Positions 24,292 to 37,270 of a stretch of DNA of 64,000 bases are shown here, piece by piece (position 1 is the first letter of the stretch; each line of letters opens with the position of its first letter). This DNA comes from Lepidodermella squamata (taxonomy: Eukaryota; Animalia; Gastrotricha). Position numbers and translations under genes: made by a program. The notes below the pieces were generated by a model that worked only from the letters and a program-made list of their open reading frames with translations, was not told the DNA's origin and made no database searches. The stretch is from contig JBLDXI010000002.1 of the NCBI GenBank assembly GCA_047495785.1, positions 2,790,001 through 2,854,000 on the forward strand. Reading direction: 5' to 3'.

Positions 24292-26894
24292 TCAAGCAAA
24301 AATGCCCTGATTGATCGGGGCGGAGTTGGCGACCGGAGTTTGCTGTGATGGGCTCGGGGTGGAGGCGGCCGATGCGGTTGGACTGGACGCAGGCTTGTTC
24401 AACTGCGTAAGACGGCCGTGAACCTCACTCAGCCACGGGTCCATGTTGATGAGGCTGGGGTAGTGGTGACCGAAGTCACAGAGCAGCCACGAGAAGAAGC
24501 GGTAGAACGACCGGAAATACGACAGTTGCGAGTAGAACAGCGAAATGCGAGATGCGGCCGACGTGGAGCCGTTCATCGCGAAATTACGGCCAATGAAAAT
24601 TTCGGCGGCGCGCTGGTACTCGTCGTAAATTCTCCGCACACGATGCGGTTCCGCGAGACCGGGAACGTCCGGGTTGAAGTACAACAGGCCGCAAATCATC
24701 GAAAACTCGATGACGCAAAGACGGGCTTGTTTCATCGAAATTCCGGCGTCAACCATCGACGGCTCGCATAAACCGAGGTGGTAGAAGTAATTGAACGCAA
24801 GTTGCCGGCCTGGTCCGGGTTCGAGGCCGCATATGTTAGGCGTTTGGCTGACCTCGTCGTAGTCGAGCGAAAGCTGGGCCGAGAGCAGCGGGAACATTGA
24901 CTCAATGAAGAGACGCGTCCGGTCCTGCAGGCAAACTGAGTCGAAGCCAGGCAGCGACTTGACAAACTGCAGGACGAACCGCGAAAATGTGTCAAAGTGA
25001 CCCACCATAGACGTGAAAACATCTGTGGGGCTCATATCTGGCCGAACCACCTAAGAAAACAATAAAAATTAAAATTAAAAATTATTAAGGTGGAATTTTT
25101 TAACATACCGTTCTGACTGAAGTGATGTTCCCGATGAGGCGCGATGACTGGACTACACGCCGAATAATCCACTGAGCTCGTGTGACATCAGGCATAGGCA
25201 GGTGCGACCCAACCAGGTTCTCCGGCATCACCTGGGAATAAAGAATTACAACTTGTTTCTATTAAAAATAGCAATTTTATTACCGGTGTTACGAAGAAAT
25301 AATCGTCCAGAATGCGAAGTGGATCTTTATCGACGGTCGACAGCGAATTACCGGTAGTCGGGCGTGGGTTAGGCTGGCGCAGGTCAACGTATTCCTTCGC
25401 CGAGTCGTAGAGCCAAACATAGGGTGATTTTTCGCACGGCCGCTTCATTCGCTCGATAGCATCTTGAACTGTTTCAGTGCGTGGGCTGCCTGATCCGGCA
25501 CTGCCCAGATCCGGGCTATCGGCACCCATCGACGCAAATATGTCGGAATCAGCTGGCGAATCTTCGGCTGGGAAAGATGTGGGCGACAGCTCACTCAACT
25601 GAACCAGGGCCTGGTCAACCGGCATCTCGCACCGGGCTCGCTTAACAGTCTCAAATCCATAGCTGTTAGTATTATTATTATTCATATCATCGCCATCATC
25701 GCTTAGCACGTCGCTATCATAGCCGCCCAACACAATCGGGGCATCAAGGTTCAAACCAATCGGACTCGGCTCGCCACTAGCCTCCGACGCCGAGGGCGTG
25801 ATGTAGTCCGGCATTTTATTCCCGCAATTCATTGGCGAGAAAATCTGCGGCTTTTGAGGCATCACAGACGGCGCGACAGAGGGTGGGGCTGTCAGCTCGC
25901 CGTTCTGCTGCAGCTGGGCCAGGTGCGCTTTCGTCTCAGCTCGCAGCTGATAGCTGTGTCGTCCGGTACGGATTGCGGCAAGAGACATGCCCAGCGCCGT
26001 GCATTTAGCGAAACGACATTTTTTGCACCGCCGACCTGCCTGCGATGTGATGTCACAGGCCTCGCCGTTATTCGTCTCACACACATAAGTCGGCTCGAGC
26101 TGATGGTGAATAGTTCGCCGAAAGAAGCCCTAAAGATAGCGAAATCGCAACTAGTTAAGCGGATTAAAGGACTGAATTAGCACTCACCTTGCAGCCTTCA
26201 CAGCTAATGATGCCGAAGTGGTAGCCGGATGAAGGGGCAGCGCAGACCGCACAGGGCACTGAATGCAGGTCTATCGGGCCTTTCAGTGAAGCTTTCACTT
26301 CGTTATCAACAACAAGCCCGAGAGAATGGCACCGTCGGAATCGACACCACCTGCACATATCAGCCAGGCCTCGGTCAATTAAGCTGGACTGGTCGAACGG
26401 CGTAGCCTGCCCGTCCTCGGTTCGCGCCAGTTTCCGACACCCGCATTTAGTCATCCAATCCTCAGAATCGCCGCCGCTCTTGTTGCCTTGAATGCGAGTG
26501 GCAAATCGGGAGCAAAACTTCTTGCACGCCTCGCAAACGACAACAGCCCCACTTCGAGGCGCGACAGGCAAGCTCATGTTTTTGCTGACTATGTCCAGGG
26601 TGGGGTCGGTTTCGGCCGATGGTTGAACGCCTCGAGCGACAACGGACGATTTCGACAATTTCCCACATACCTGAGATGAAAGGAATGGTGAAATTATGTC
26701 TGAAGTGATTTGCTAAAATATACCTGGCATGGCACGTCGGCAATAGTAGACGATCTGAGTCGTTTAGTAGTAGCGAGCGAAGCTGAAATAACTTCGTTCG
26801 AGTCGCCCAGCATAACTTTTTTCAAGCTACGCTTTTGCGGAACCGAGGCTGCGACGGAGCCAAGGTCCGCTATTCCCGCACTCGGTTCTATCAT
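24292..26894 (-). CDS. Nuclear receptor with two tandem DNA-binding domains (2DBD-NR), about 793 aa
   Basis: Exons 26894-26724, 26670-26188, 26129-25284, 25231-25109 and 25050-24292, all phase 0 with 52-58 nt GT-AG introns. DBD1 P-box CEACKK, DBD2 [27 protein letters not shown], LBD signature FVKSLPGFDSVCLQDR and YFNPD. Confidence 0.92.
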
Positions 26895-27623
26895 TCAACT
26901 CGTCATCAAATTTTAAAAGCTAGAAAAAAATAATCACATGGGTGATACTGAATGATTGACAAGGGGAAAGCTTTGAAGCACTTCTGCTGTCAGATTTGTT
27001 GAGCATTCACAGTGCTAATATTGAGAGGGTTATCGATTTTTAGCAACCTGTGCTCATCACTCTCTGTCCGTATGCCTACGCACCAGAAGTTAACAACTAA
27101 AAAAAGTAGACAACACAGTGCGACTAGGTAGGGGAAATACACAATTTCATAACATTTAACGTTGCAAATATTTATGCAGCCTAAAATAAAGCGTTGAGTA
27201 ACAGGTCCAACTATTTAAACGGGAAATTATTTTCTCTCTTAGAATTAAAAATTCCACAAATTCGAATTATCTTTCATAAGCTTGATTATGATCCAACTTC
27301 AACACTACAGAAGTTCAATCGTCAAAGAGCCATGGTATTTTTAGATATATCGCAAAAATGGTGAAGCTTTCACCAGGATCTCAAATAAGAGTGAAAGAAA
27401 GTATGCATAGAAAATGATGATTGACATTGATCGCTATTGATGATTGGTATTATCAAGAAGTGTAGTTTTCCCCAGTAAACAGTTCACGTAATTTTTGACA
27501 AATCTTTAGTCTTCAATATATATGCACAGTAGGACAAACAATGAGTACCATGAGTACCTAATTACCTGAGGCGAGATGAAACGAATCCCTAATGTTGAGG
27601 AGAAAAAGGGCCTGGTAGCTGCG

Positions 27624-27693
27624 CCACAAGAGATAGTAGTCTCCACGCGTAACGATTCCCACAAGAGATAGTAGTCTCCACGCGTAACGATTC
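27624..27693. repeat. Perfect 35-bp tandem duplication
   Basis: CCACAAGAGATAGTAGTCTCCACGCGTAACGATTC occurs twice with no spacer. Confidence 0.95.
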
Positions 27694-29340
27694 GGTTCTG
27701 AAAAGGTCACGACATATTCCTATAGCGCTCGCTACTTGTTGCATATACTAGAAATTGAATCGGACAATTTAGGGAGTTCCACGTGCATGTAGCTATCAAC
27801 CAGCAATAACTGGTCATAAAGAATAATAATCTTTTTCCCATTTGGTCACTAGGTTCTTCAATCTAAAAATTAAGATCATACAGGGCTCATACACATTATT
27901 TACTTCTGCATGGTGCAATTAATTCATGCTTCAATTCACTACGTCCCTCGCATCAATCTTATAGCAACTGAGCTTCAATTAAGACCGAACTCGCGCTCCT
28001 GTGGGTCCGTCCTGCGTCCAGTCAGGCAGGCAATGGTCGTACAACCGATCGCTATCCTATTCAAAAGCGACCGTGTCCAAGTGTAGAGCTAGACACGGGA
28101 TCTTAATGAGATATTAAGCAGCTGATGTCCCGCGAATTAACTTCTATCCCACTCGTCCATTATTAATCAAGCGCTCCGCCCAAGGAGTCTTGAGTCTGCG
28201 AAGTGCACATGCAGTTAAGGTGTTAAAAGATGACAGCTGACCGACATGGTAGATATCCCTTACTTTTCACCAAGGGAAATCGCCGTAAATGTCATCATCA
28301 ACGGATGTTTGAACGAATCCGTGTCGGAGGAGTGCAATTTTTCCATCCAAGATGGTTTCTTTGAATTGCGATAAGGTTTTAGAGAGGTATTTTTCTCATG
28401 AAACTGTCGTGTTGTTGGGGCACAACCTTAATTAGGAGACGAACCAGAGGTTTTTGAGGCAACATCAGAAGCAGGCAATTGTCGACAGCATTCTCATATG
28501 ATACACCATTCAAACGCACCGCTCAGGTGTTACTGAAACATCAATGACGTGCTTTCAGCGACGGGGAATATTTTGGTAATAAGTCTGTCCAATGCATGTC
28601 GGCTTTGAAAAATAAACTTTCCCGGTCGAATAGATTGACAGTTGACCCTGTTAACTATTAACTAGCATTTATCATTGGTTCGGTTTCCAATATTCGACAG
28701 GTGTATGCGTGGGGGATCACACGACCAATTATCCAGGTACTTTTAAGAACGCTTAAAAAAACTAGGATGCCAAAAAAGCAATAGTCGAGACGGAAGCTAC
28801 CACATTGAGCTGTAGGACACGCGCATAACAGAACCACGATCAACAACGGATCCAACCAATCGCACAAATCACACCTATATCTGTTACACGTGACCCATGA
28901 TGACGTATCATGGCATCTCGACTTTGTCCGAAACTGGGTATCAGCAAAAAAAGCTGGCAAAAAACTAGGTAAGGGGTCAAATCCAAGTACTCGGGAAACT
29001 CTTTGATAAGGCGCGGGGGCGCTCCAACATTGCCCGAGAGGTGAACATCGTAAATAGTAAAATGGAATTTTTCAAAAATGTGACCAAGATGATTGACGAA
29101 AATATTATAATAAACAAGTTATAATTATTATAAATTCTATCGTCGCAGGAGAAAAACCGCAAAACCTCGGGAACTTTTCTGATAATGCTAATTGGAAATG
29201 GAAGAAGAATTCTGCTGCCTTCTGGGCTATCTTCTGGCTTGTGCTGCCGAACTCGATCTCAAAGCGAGCAACAATCTTCGTGAATCACAACCGCCAACGT
29301 CACAATCGACTCTGCGCGCTAGGCACCCAACGGAACCTAG

Positions 29341-30717
29341 CAGCGCGCTTCTAGACAGGTGAGAATTGTCAAAAGAAAGATGAGTTTTCTTCCAGCAGCA
29401 ACATAATGAAACGTAATCCAGGGATGTTCTTCTTCCGCCCGAGTTTTCAGTGATATGTATCCCAATTTTACTGTTACTGGTATCAATAGCTTGAACTATT
29501 AAGCATCATTCGGACAATGATTACTCGAAGTAAAAAATTAAAAATTGAAATTTTTGCTAACAGAAGCTATTTTACAGGGGCCACAACAAGACGCAGGGGG
29601 CTAAGTTGTGCAAACTTTACAACTGCAGGCGATTTTGGCGGCCGGAAATGTCTCCAACCGGCCGCAATGCATGCATATTTTTCCTGTCATCGGCCGAGGC
29701 AACTGATTTTCTTTATTTTCTCTAAATCAACATTCCGATGTGAAATTTCAAAATTGAAATCTATTACCAATTGTCTACGGTGGATGACCTAGAACATTTT
29801 ATGAGACTACCCGAAAATTGCCACCTAGCCTTCTCGATTAAAGTGATTGATTCCCTGTCTTGGTACCAGTCGTGGGGCCGCTTGGAAACTACAGATTTTT
29901 CTACATGTATTCAACACAACATGGACTTCAGAACTACATTTAGAAGAACAGTAGAACCTCATAAATTTAATCAATTTCATAAAATTACACAAAATTGCCT
30001 TGAACTGAATTCAGAATAGAGTCTTATTATGATGCTCGCTGGAATAAGACACCTTACCTTTTCTTGGCAATCCTCACCTGTCCAGAAGGTGCTGATAGTA
30101 AAATTAACATCACCAGCGTTTTCAGCGCCAATTTTTACCATATAGGACAAAGTCCCACGTTTTTTATGATATGCTGACAGTTATAACAAATAGGGTAATA
30201 TAATTAAATTCGCACCCATCAGAAACTTGATTAAGCGGCTAGGTCACGTGATCAATTAGCCACGTAGCAATCAGTTTTATTGATTAGACAATAGCATGGT
30301 TGAATTCTGCATCATTGTTTACCCTAGTGCACTCATTATTAGACACACACATTGCCATGTTGAAGAATCCAAGTTTCCGCTTCCAAGCGAGTAACTCTTA
30401 TTATAGACTGACAAATTGCTATAATCTGTGTAATGTCATTGTATTTCTCATTTCGTGAGTTATGTGCATCAGAAATTCATAAAACTTCGTGAATACCAAT
30501 AATTTACGACGGAGAATCCGAAAAAAATACTCTCGGGGTCATGAGACGCACCCTACCTGCTCAGGTAAGCCACCTTACCTGGATTTTTCGATCCACACCT
30601 GTCCAGGTGATGCTGATAGAAAAATAAAAGGCACCATCGCAATCAGCGTCATTCGTTACGTTGTATAACAAATTCTCACGTTTGTTATGTGCTGCTGTCG
30701 GATATAACAAATGGGGT
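29341..30717. repeat. Diverged about-145-bp repeat: direct copies at 30051-30195 and 30572-30717, partial inverted copy at 29341-29410 (old TIR-element ends)
   Basis: Shared core ACCTTACCT...CACCTGTCCAG...TGCTGATAG...TATAACAAAT.GGG; the inverted copy reads CTAGACAGGTGAGAATTGTC. Confidence 0.55.
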
Positions 30718-31504
30718 CCCAAATCGATGCACCCTTTTTACAGTGTAAAAGTTGAACTTAGCAGCAAAAGTTGGCAGCACGCCAACGGAAGGTGATGCAA
30801 ATGTAATTTTTGTTTCTACCAACTAGTATTGGTCCATAACAATCCATAACAAATGATGAGACTTCCAGGATGAGTGGAAGTCAGTGCTGATGAAAACCTG
30901 CTGCCAAGTTCAAAGCGGTCGCTAGGCACTCTTCATCTCAGGGCAAAGCTGCGGTTCGGGATTCCCGCTATGTTGCAGAGGAAGTACCATTTCCTGTGGT
31001 GTGGCCAAAAGGACACCTGGAAGCCAGTCAGCAGTGAAGAGCAATTTACCACCAAATGCTCCCATTGCAAGCGCTAGTTTCACGCTGAGTGCGTTGGTAT
31101 TTATGTGCAGGTCGATAGGATTGTCTTTGGTAACGAAACGTTCTGGTCTCGTTGGCGAAAAATCGCAATTCATGCTTCTCAAGCCATACCTCTCGATTTT
31201 GTTTTTTTATTGACGCACAAATTTCGACTGTTTTTATCACGGTGATGAGGCGTTCACACTCTTTTTGAAGCGTTCGATATCAGCACGTTGCGGGAAGCAA
31301 GTTTTTGCATGAAACACCGCTTGACCGGTGCCGTGATTGTCGGTGATGCAAAACGAGACCAGCGGCATCTTGCGGTCGTTGACTTTGTGAGGGTGGTGAG
31401 TATGGTGAGTTATTAAAAAATTGAAAAAATATGAAATTTTTATATCTAATGGCATTGTTTTAGATATGACCTACCATCGATGTGCAAGACTTCAGGATAC
31501 AAAT

Positions 31505-32165
31505 CGTCGTCGGTGCGGCCAAAAGTAATATGTCCATCCAAAATCGAAAATGAGATTTTTACAGTTTCGAGCTCAGAATTTAACGCCGGTCATTATTCTG
31601 AAAACCGCATCTCAAAATTCGCCAGGGATCAAAAGTAATATGTCCACTTTCGTGACTTTTTTATCAGGTCAATTTGTCGGCAGAATCAACAGTAATATGT
31701 CCATGGCACGAGTTCGAAAAGGGCACCAAAAGTAATAAGTACAGCAAAAAATCACTCAATTGCGAGCAAAATGGTAGTGTAAAAATCGTCGAAAAAAATA
31801 GATGCGCGCATGAGGGATCGAACCACAGCAGCGCGATGTTGACGCCAAGTGAAAAATAATCCTCTTCCTTCACGCTTAAAAATAAAATAGCTTAAAAAAT
31901 GGATGCATGCACGGGGACTCGAACCGCCCTATAGAAAAATACCATAACAAAATAACAAAAAAAGTACAAAACAGTAATATGTCCAACGAATGTCTCAATG
32001 GCGCAAAAACGGTGCATCACCGGTAGAAATGGCCGGCGCCATTCGATCCGCCGTAATCAATTACCCCCTTGGTCGTCTCGGTGACATATTTTACTGACAA
32101 TTTCGAAAATAAAGCTGTTTAAATTATCACTCTTGGACATATTACTTTTGGCCGCACCGACGACG
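31505..32165. mobile_element. 661-bp non-autonomous DNA transposon (Sola1-like MITE)
   Basis: 32-bp perfect TIR CGTCGTCGGTGCGGCCAAAAGTAATATGTCCA, 4-bp TSD AAAT (31501-04 and 32166-69), internal repeats of AGTAATATGTCCA. Confidence 0.85.
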
Positions 32166-32367
32166 AAATTGGCCAGTTATTGCAGCCGTTGAGTCTGGAC
32201 GCAAATCGCAATAACATCGCTAGTTTCTTCATCGACCAGGACTAGAAAGTTGAGAAAGCGTTGCAGTGTTGCCCACAGGCGGTCTTCGACTTCGCTAATC
32301 CCTTTGAGCCCTGTAGATGGATGTGACAAAAGTTATATCGAAATTCTTTAGGTTTGTTTAACAAACT

Positions 32368-34046
32368 CTTGTGAGGAATAGTGTTATGGAGACCACACTC
32401 ATGGATAAAGCTGTTAACGCAAAATGGAAAATCAATAATTTGTGGATGAGGCAAAAAATCAGCAAAAAATGGTTATTTACAATTTATTACGCACCCTTTT
32501 TCAGCCACTCGCCATTACGCTCGTAAAAAATGCCAGTGGCAGGTAGTAGGCGCCAGTATTCTCCGGTTTGGATGCCGATTTTACCAATTTTGAACACATT
32601 TTCAGAATCCTCAGCTCATTTCCAATCGTATCCATGTAACAAAAATTTCTAATTTCCATTTTCGAGTCCTATTTTCTTGTAGATTTTAATTGTAGCCGCA
32701 TTCATGAGGTAACAGTTCACAAGCTTTATCGCGACAAAAATTCTTTAATTTAGTTTCCCATAGATAGAGAGATACTTTTCCAAGACAAAGAACCTATAAA
32801 AGTCTACGGCAAGATTTTTGAGAAATTATTTCGTTGCAAAACTTCACTGGGAATGTTAAGTTTAACGAATTCCTTGCATGTTTATTCGAATGTCGCTCAG
32901 CAGGGCGCTTAAGCAAATGCCTTGAAATATAGCTGAAAGTAAATAAAAGGCAAGCCCTTTTAATTTTCTAGGAAATTTCTAGGAGCACGCCATTTTCATG
33001 CTATTGGCTAAATGATAGTTTATATAAAGTTTATATAAATTGAATTTTCTTTATTGTGATACCTAGGAAAAATATCAATGACTTGAAAATTGTCCCTAAA
33101 ACGAGCCTGTCTTATGAACGGCTCAATTAAATCTAAATTAACCAGTAAATATTATGTAAGCACAATTGCGCGCGTAGAATGCTGGCGATTGGAATTCGCA
33201 CAACGGATGTCTCAGGCCCATAACTATCGAAGGAAAACTATACTTTTAATACAGTGATAGTGTGGTAGTGATCTACAGTGATAGAAAATCGAGGACCATT
33301 CGATAAAACCGTTGTATTCTTTTTTAGTATATTTGATTATTAATTCTTCCTTTGATAATAACATTTCTCACTCAGCATACCTGGAGACGCTAATTTTCAG
33401 TAATTTTTCGGGAAATTTAACCTGGCAACGCTGATTACCTTCCTGCATAACGACTCTGAGCCATGACGCGTGAATTTTGATAGATTCCCAGCTGAGATTT
33501 CGCGAGAATGATTCCGACTATAAGGATCTAAATTTCATTCATTAGACGAAATCTAATAGCGTTACGTGAAACTCATGCTAAAAGCACCAGTGTAACCAAC
33601 AACAACAGAATCGGCAACGGTACAACTGTTACTTGTTTCACCTCACAGCTTTCTTCAGAGCGGTAAATATTGCGTCACCAAACGTAAATGATTAGGTGGA
33701 TATTAAGGCCGAATTCTACGCCTTGAAAAATCTGCAAGAAAATAGGACTCGAAAATGGAAATTAGAAATTTTTGTTACATGGATACGATTGGAAATGAGC
33801 TGAGGATTCTGAAAATGTGTTCAAAATTGGTAAAATCGGCATCCAAACCGGAGAATACTGGCGCCTACTACCTGCCACTGGCATTTTTTACGAGCGTAAT
33901 GGCGAGTGGCTGAAAAAGGGTGCGTAATAAATTGTAAATAACCATTTTTTGCTGATTTTTTGCCTCATCCACAAATTATTGATTTTCCATTTTGCGTTAA
34001 CAGCTTTATCCATGAGTGTGGTCTCCATAACACTATTCCTCACAAG
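32368..34046. mobile_element. 1679-bp non-autonomous foldback-type DNA transposon with about 320-bp TIRs
   Basis: 32368-32687 and 33727-34046 are near-identical inverted repeats starting CTTGTGAGG. 8-bp TSD AACAAACT (32360-67 and 34047-54); no internal ORF. Confidence 0.92.
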
Positions 34047-34204
34047 AACAAACTTCGTAATTGATCCGAAAAATTTTGGATATCTTTACGTGTAGGCTGG
34101 CGTGCCGTCGATTTGCGAAGCATTCGGTCTGTTGCTGCCGGTTTCTGGTGTCCGTCGATAGCCGCCTCAGCGATGATACGATCAGCCTTCGAGGCCTTTG
34201 ACAT

Positions 34205-36532
34205 CGTTCGTGTTGCGACGTAAGAGACCGCGTTAGGCAGTACTTCCATGCTGTTTGTAACAAAATACTTGGTATAAGCTACTTTTTATTTGCCGGTAAT
34301 AGCTTCATTATTTCGGCGCATCTGACACCGAACGGTTGCAACGCCTACCAGAATGCGAACTACGCACAAACGCTTCAGAACATTTCTCCGTTATCATGGC
34401 TAAATTCTTAATATCAACCAAATTTATCCTCCCTTCGAGCGTAGGCTAGGATAATTCTATCAATTTTATAATTATAATAATATAATTTTTATTTTGTAAT
34501 TCCATCAATTCTATCAATATCCATAGGGTAAACTCATAGGGTAACGTCTCTGTCTCTGTCTCTCACTCTCTCTGCATAGTCTTGTTGAACCATGACTATA
34601 ACCACTTATTGTTCAAACATGACCAGAGTCTGCTTTCGAATGGGCACAATTTTTGGTTTCCAATTCCTGGAGCGGCCCATGCAGTTATCATCACGAAAAG
34701 TGCATATTACAGAATTATGGACTATGAGCCAATTTTTATACTATAATGAAAATGCCAAGAGTGCACTTTTTACGCTATTTTGTGGTTACCCTTCTCCATC
34801 ATCTCGCAGCTCACAGGCAATTCGATATCCTTCTTAAATTTTATTGCATAAAGCGATCAAGTATTTTCCTAATCGCATTTCATTCAAATATGAGCCGTTG
34901 AGCTGTTGCGACAAACTGAACTACAACCTTGCGCGAAGCGGAATCGCTAAAGTAGATTCGCAGCCACATGAGGTCAATAGTGGTATCACCCTAAGTTTGT
35001 ATCATTCGAGTTGGTATCATTCGAGAATTGCCAGGATGACTTTTATCCCTGCATCCTAAGAAAGATAGCGGATTGTCTTGGTAATGTGATCTGGTTAGCG
35101 ATTTAGCTATGATTGATGATTAGCAATTAGCAACGAAACCGCCGTATTCGAGGAATGCTTGACATGCAACTCGCTTGGCATGATTCGTATGCGACAAAAC
35201 GTGACCCACCATTTAAGTTTAGGTTTCACGATTTTTGCGCGGACTTCTTAATGAAATAGTACGTCACATTTAGTCTGATGGTGTAGAACCGACTGCAAAA
35301 TGCCACAGACTAATAGTTATCAAAGAAAGCAATCATGCGCAGAAGTATAATTTACAATGCGCATCCACTTGATCATTTTAGCTGGAATCTTAACTATAAT
35401 TAGGTCAAGCAGGAATGCCTAAGGCACTTCAATCTAATGGCGAAAATGCAGAAAAACTTTCAGGGCAGTGTGATCCAAAGTGTGACTTCCAAGTCATTTT
35501 GGCACTTTTTTGATTTTTTTACTCAGGTGTGACTCCGATTTAATTATATACTAAGCCGAGCTTGACTCAGAAAAGAGTCACAAAAATTAACCTAGCTAAA
35601 CTTGAATCCGGCTCTCAGTTTGACTCCAAAATGAGATGCTTTAACTCCACTCTGCTATAACCTTTTACTTGTCACTGACGTAAACTTGCCCAAATCAGAG
35701 TTATTCAACGACGCTAACGCTCCGATATCTGTGGCTTATCAATTTAGTTATCGTTAGTTAGTTAATTAGTTAACCAATGGAGTATCACCGTCATCGATTC
35801 TTCAAAAGTGTTAGTTCATTTCGGTTTTAAGTGATACATTTTCAGAAACCCTTTAGGGTTTGGGAGTGTCCAGAGTTTGCCATTGATTTGTACGAAAACT
35901 AGATTTGTACTGAAAGATGGTGATTTTTTGTTTGATCAACACGGCTTGTTTAATTTGCTATAACTTGGATTCGGTCCGGATCTCTTGAGCGAAATTTAGG
36001 GGAGTAAACCATTCTTCACGGGCTTTTCAACGGTGTAAGGTATGTGAGAATCGGAGCCGAAATGACCGCGCTGTGCTGGCTCTTTCGATATATTCAACCT
36101 GTTATCGCCATTTCTGTTAAACAAGGTGTGATGAATTATTCTCTTAGTTTCATTTCCTTGGTTCGTTTTCAATTATTTCGCTGCATTGAAAATAAAGATT
36201 TACGGCACCGAGTCACGGATAATAATAGTTTTTCATTGGTCACGGCAGCTCGTTTTCCGCCAGTAAAATCTGCAATCAAAGAATTCCAGAAGAACGCGAG
36301 AAAACTTAGAAGAATGATAGCAAAGGCTGTATTTCTCTTACCTCTTCAAGAGTCCGAGGACGCACCATAGCAATCGCAGCTAATGGCTAATGGCAATTTT
36401 ATAGCCCTTGAACCAAAGATAGTAATTTGGGATGCAACCGCTCCGCAGTTGTAAACAACCGCAATATAGCGGTATAATGATATATAGAAATATGCGCTAG
36501 TACTGGCGGTCCCTTACGTCGCAACACGAACG
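34205..36532. mobile_element. 2.3-kb non-autonomous DNA transposon with 4-bp TSD (Sola-like)
   Basis: 27-bp TIR CGTTCGTGTTGCGACGTAAG(A/G)GACCGC with one mismatch and TSD ACAT (34201-04 and 36533-36). Removal restores the host frame AAM|SKASKA. Confidence 0.85.
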
Positions 36533-36719
36533 ACATAGCCGCCGTCCTTCTCAGCCAGTCAGCCTCGGTTCGCAGGTGATTGTGTTCCATGGAGCGCGAA
36601 GTAACAGTGTAGCCCGTATCATCTTTGCCTTGAACTTCGTTTAGTTTAACATGCACTTGGAAAAGGCTCTCCTTCTTCTTTGCTCTTGTTAACTGTTCCC
36701 CTCCTTCGTCGCGGTGCTT

Positions 36720-37162
36720 CCCAGACCGGCACAAAATGAGCTGAAATGTGCTGGAACTGATTTCATCAGCTGAAAAACGCTGAAATAAGGCATGGCGCCC
36801 TCTTCACCCACTGAAATACGCTGGACCTGATTTCTGGGCTGCGCACATTTCGGCAGATTTTTAGCCAAGTCATGATTTTTTGCTGTACATCTACGCACTG
36901 TGCTGACATACGCTGAAATGAGCACGCGGCGACATCGACAAGCTGAAATACGCTGAAAGAGCATGATGCCACGCGCTGAAATGAGCTGAAATAAGTTTTC
37001 CTCGTCTGAAAAGAGCTGAAATAATAAGCTGAAATACGCTGAAATAATTATAAGCTGAAATACGCTGGAAAAACGTTAAGCTGAAATCGACTGAAATAAT
37101 TTGCCAGCTTATTTCAGCTTAATTATTTCAGCGTATTTCAGCTTATTTCGTGCCGGTCTGGG
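36720..37162. mobile_element. 443-bp EnSpm/CMC-like MITE
   Basis: Termini CCCAGACCGGCAC...GTGCCGGTCTGGG, 2-bp TSD TT, and more than a dozen subterminal GCTGAAAT motifs in both orientations. Removal restores SR|KHRD. Confidence 0.85.
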
Positions 37163-37270
37163 TTTCTCGAGCACCAGCACGCATAAGTCCGTTCGACGAC
37201 AGAGTCCCCTAAGGGCGTGAAGTTCTTCTTGTCCTTGTTCTAGCATATCAGACAGTTACATCGAAAGTTC

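Noticed and set aside
27624-27693. 35-bp repeat as a CRISPR array
   Set aside because: Only two directly adjacent units, no spacers, no cas genes, and a eukaryotic context.
31800-31930. tRNA genes
   Set aside because: B-box/T-loop motifs only; no acceptor stem or anticodon arm could be built.
34033-34263. ORF MEVLPNAV... as an independent gene
   Set aside because: Its start lies inside the TIR of the 34205-36532 element; only 34204-34055 belongs to the broken transposase.
36720-37162. GCTGAAAT repeat cluster as CRISPR or satellite
   Set aside because: Irregular spacing, both orientations, bounded by TIRs and a TSD; these are subterminal transposon repeats.
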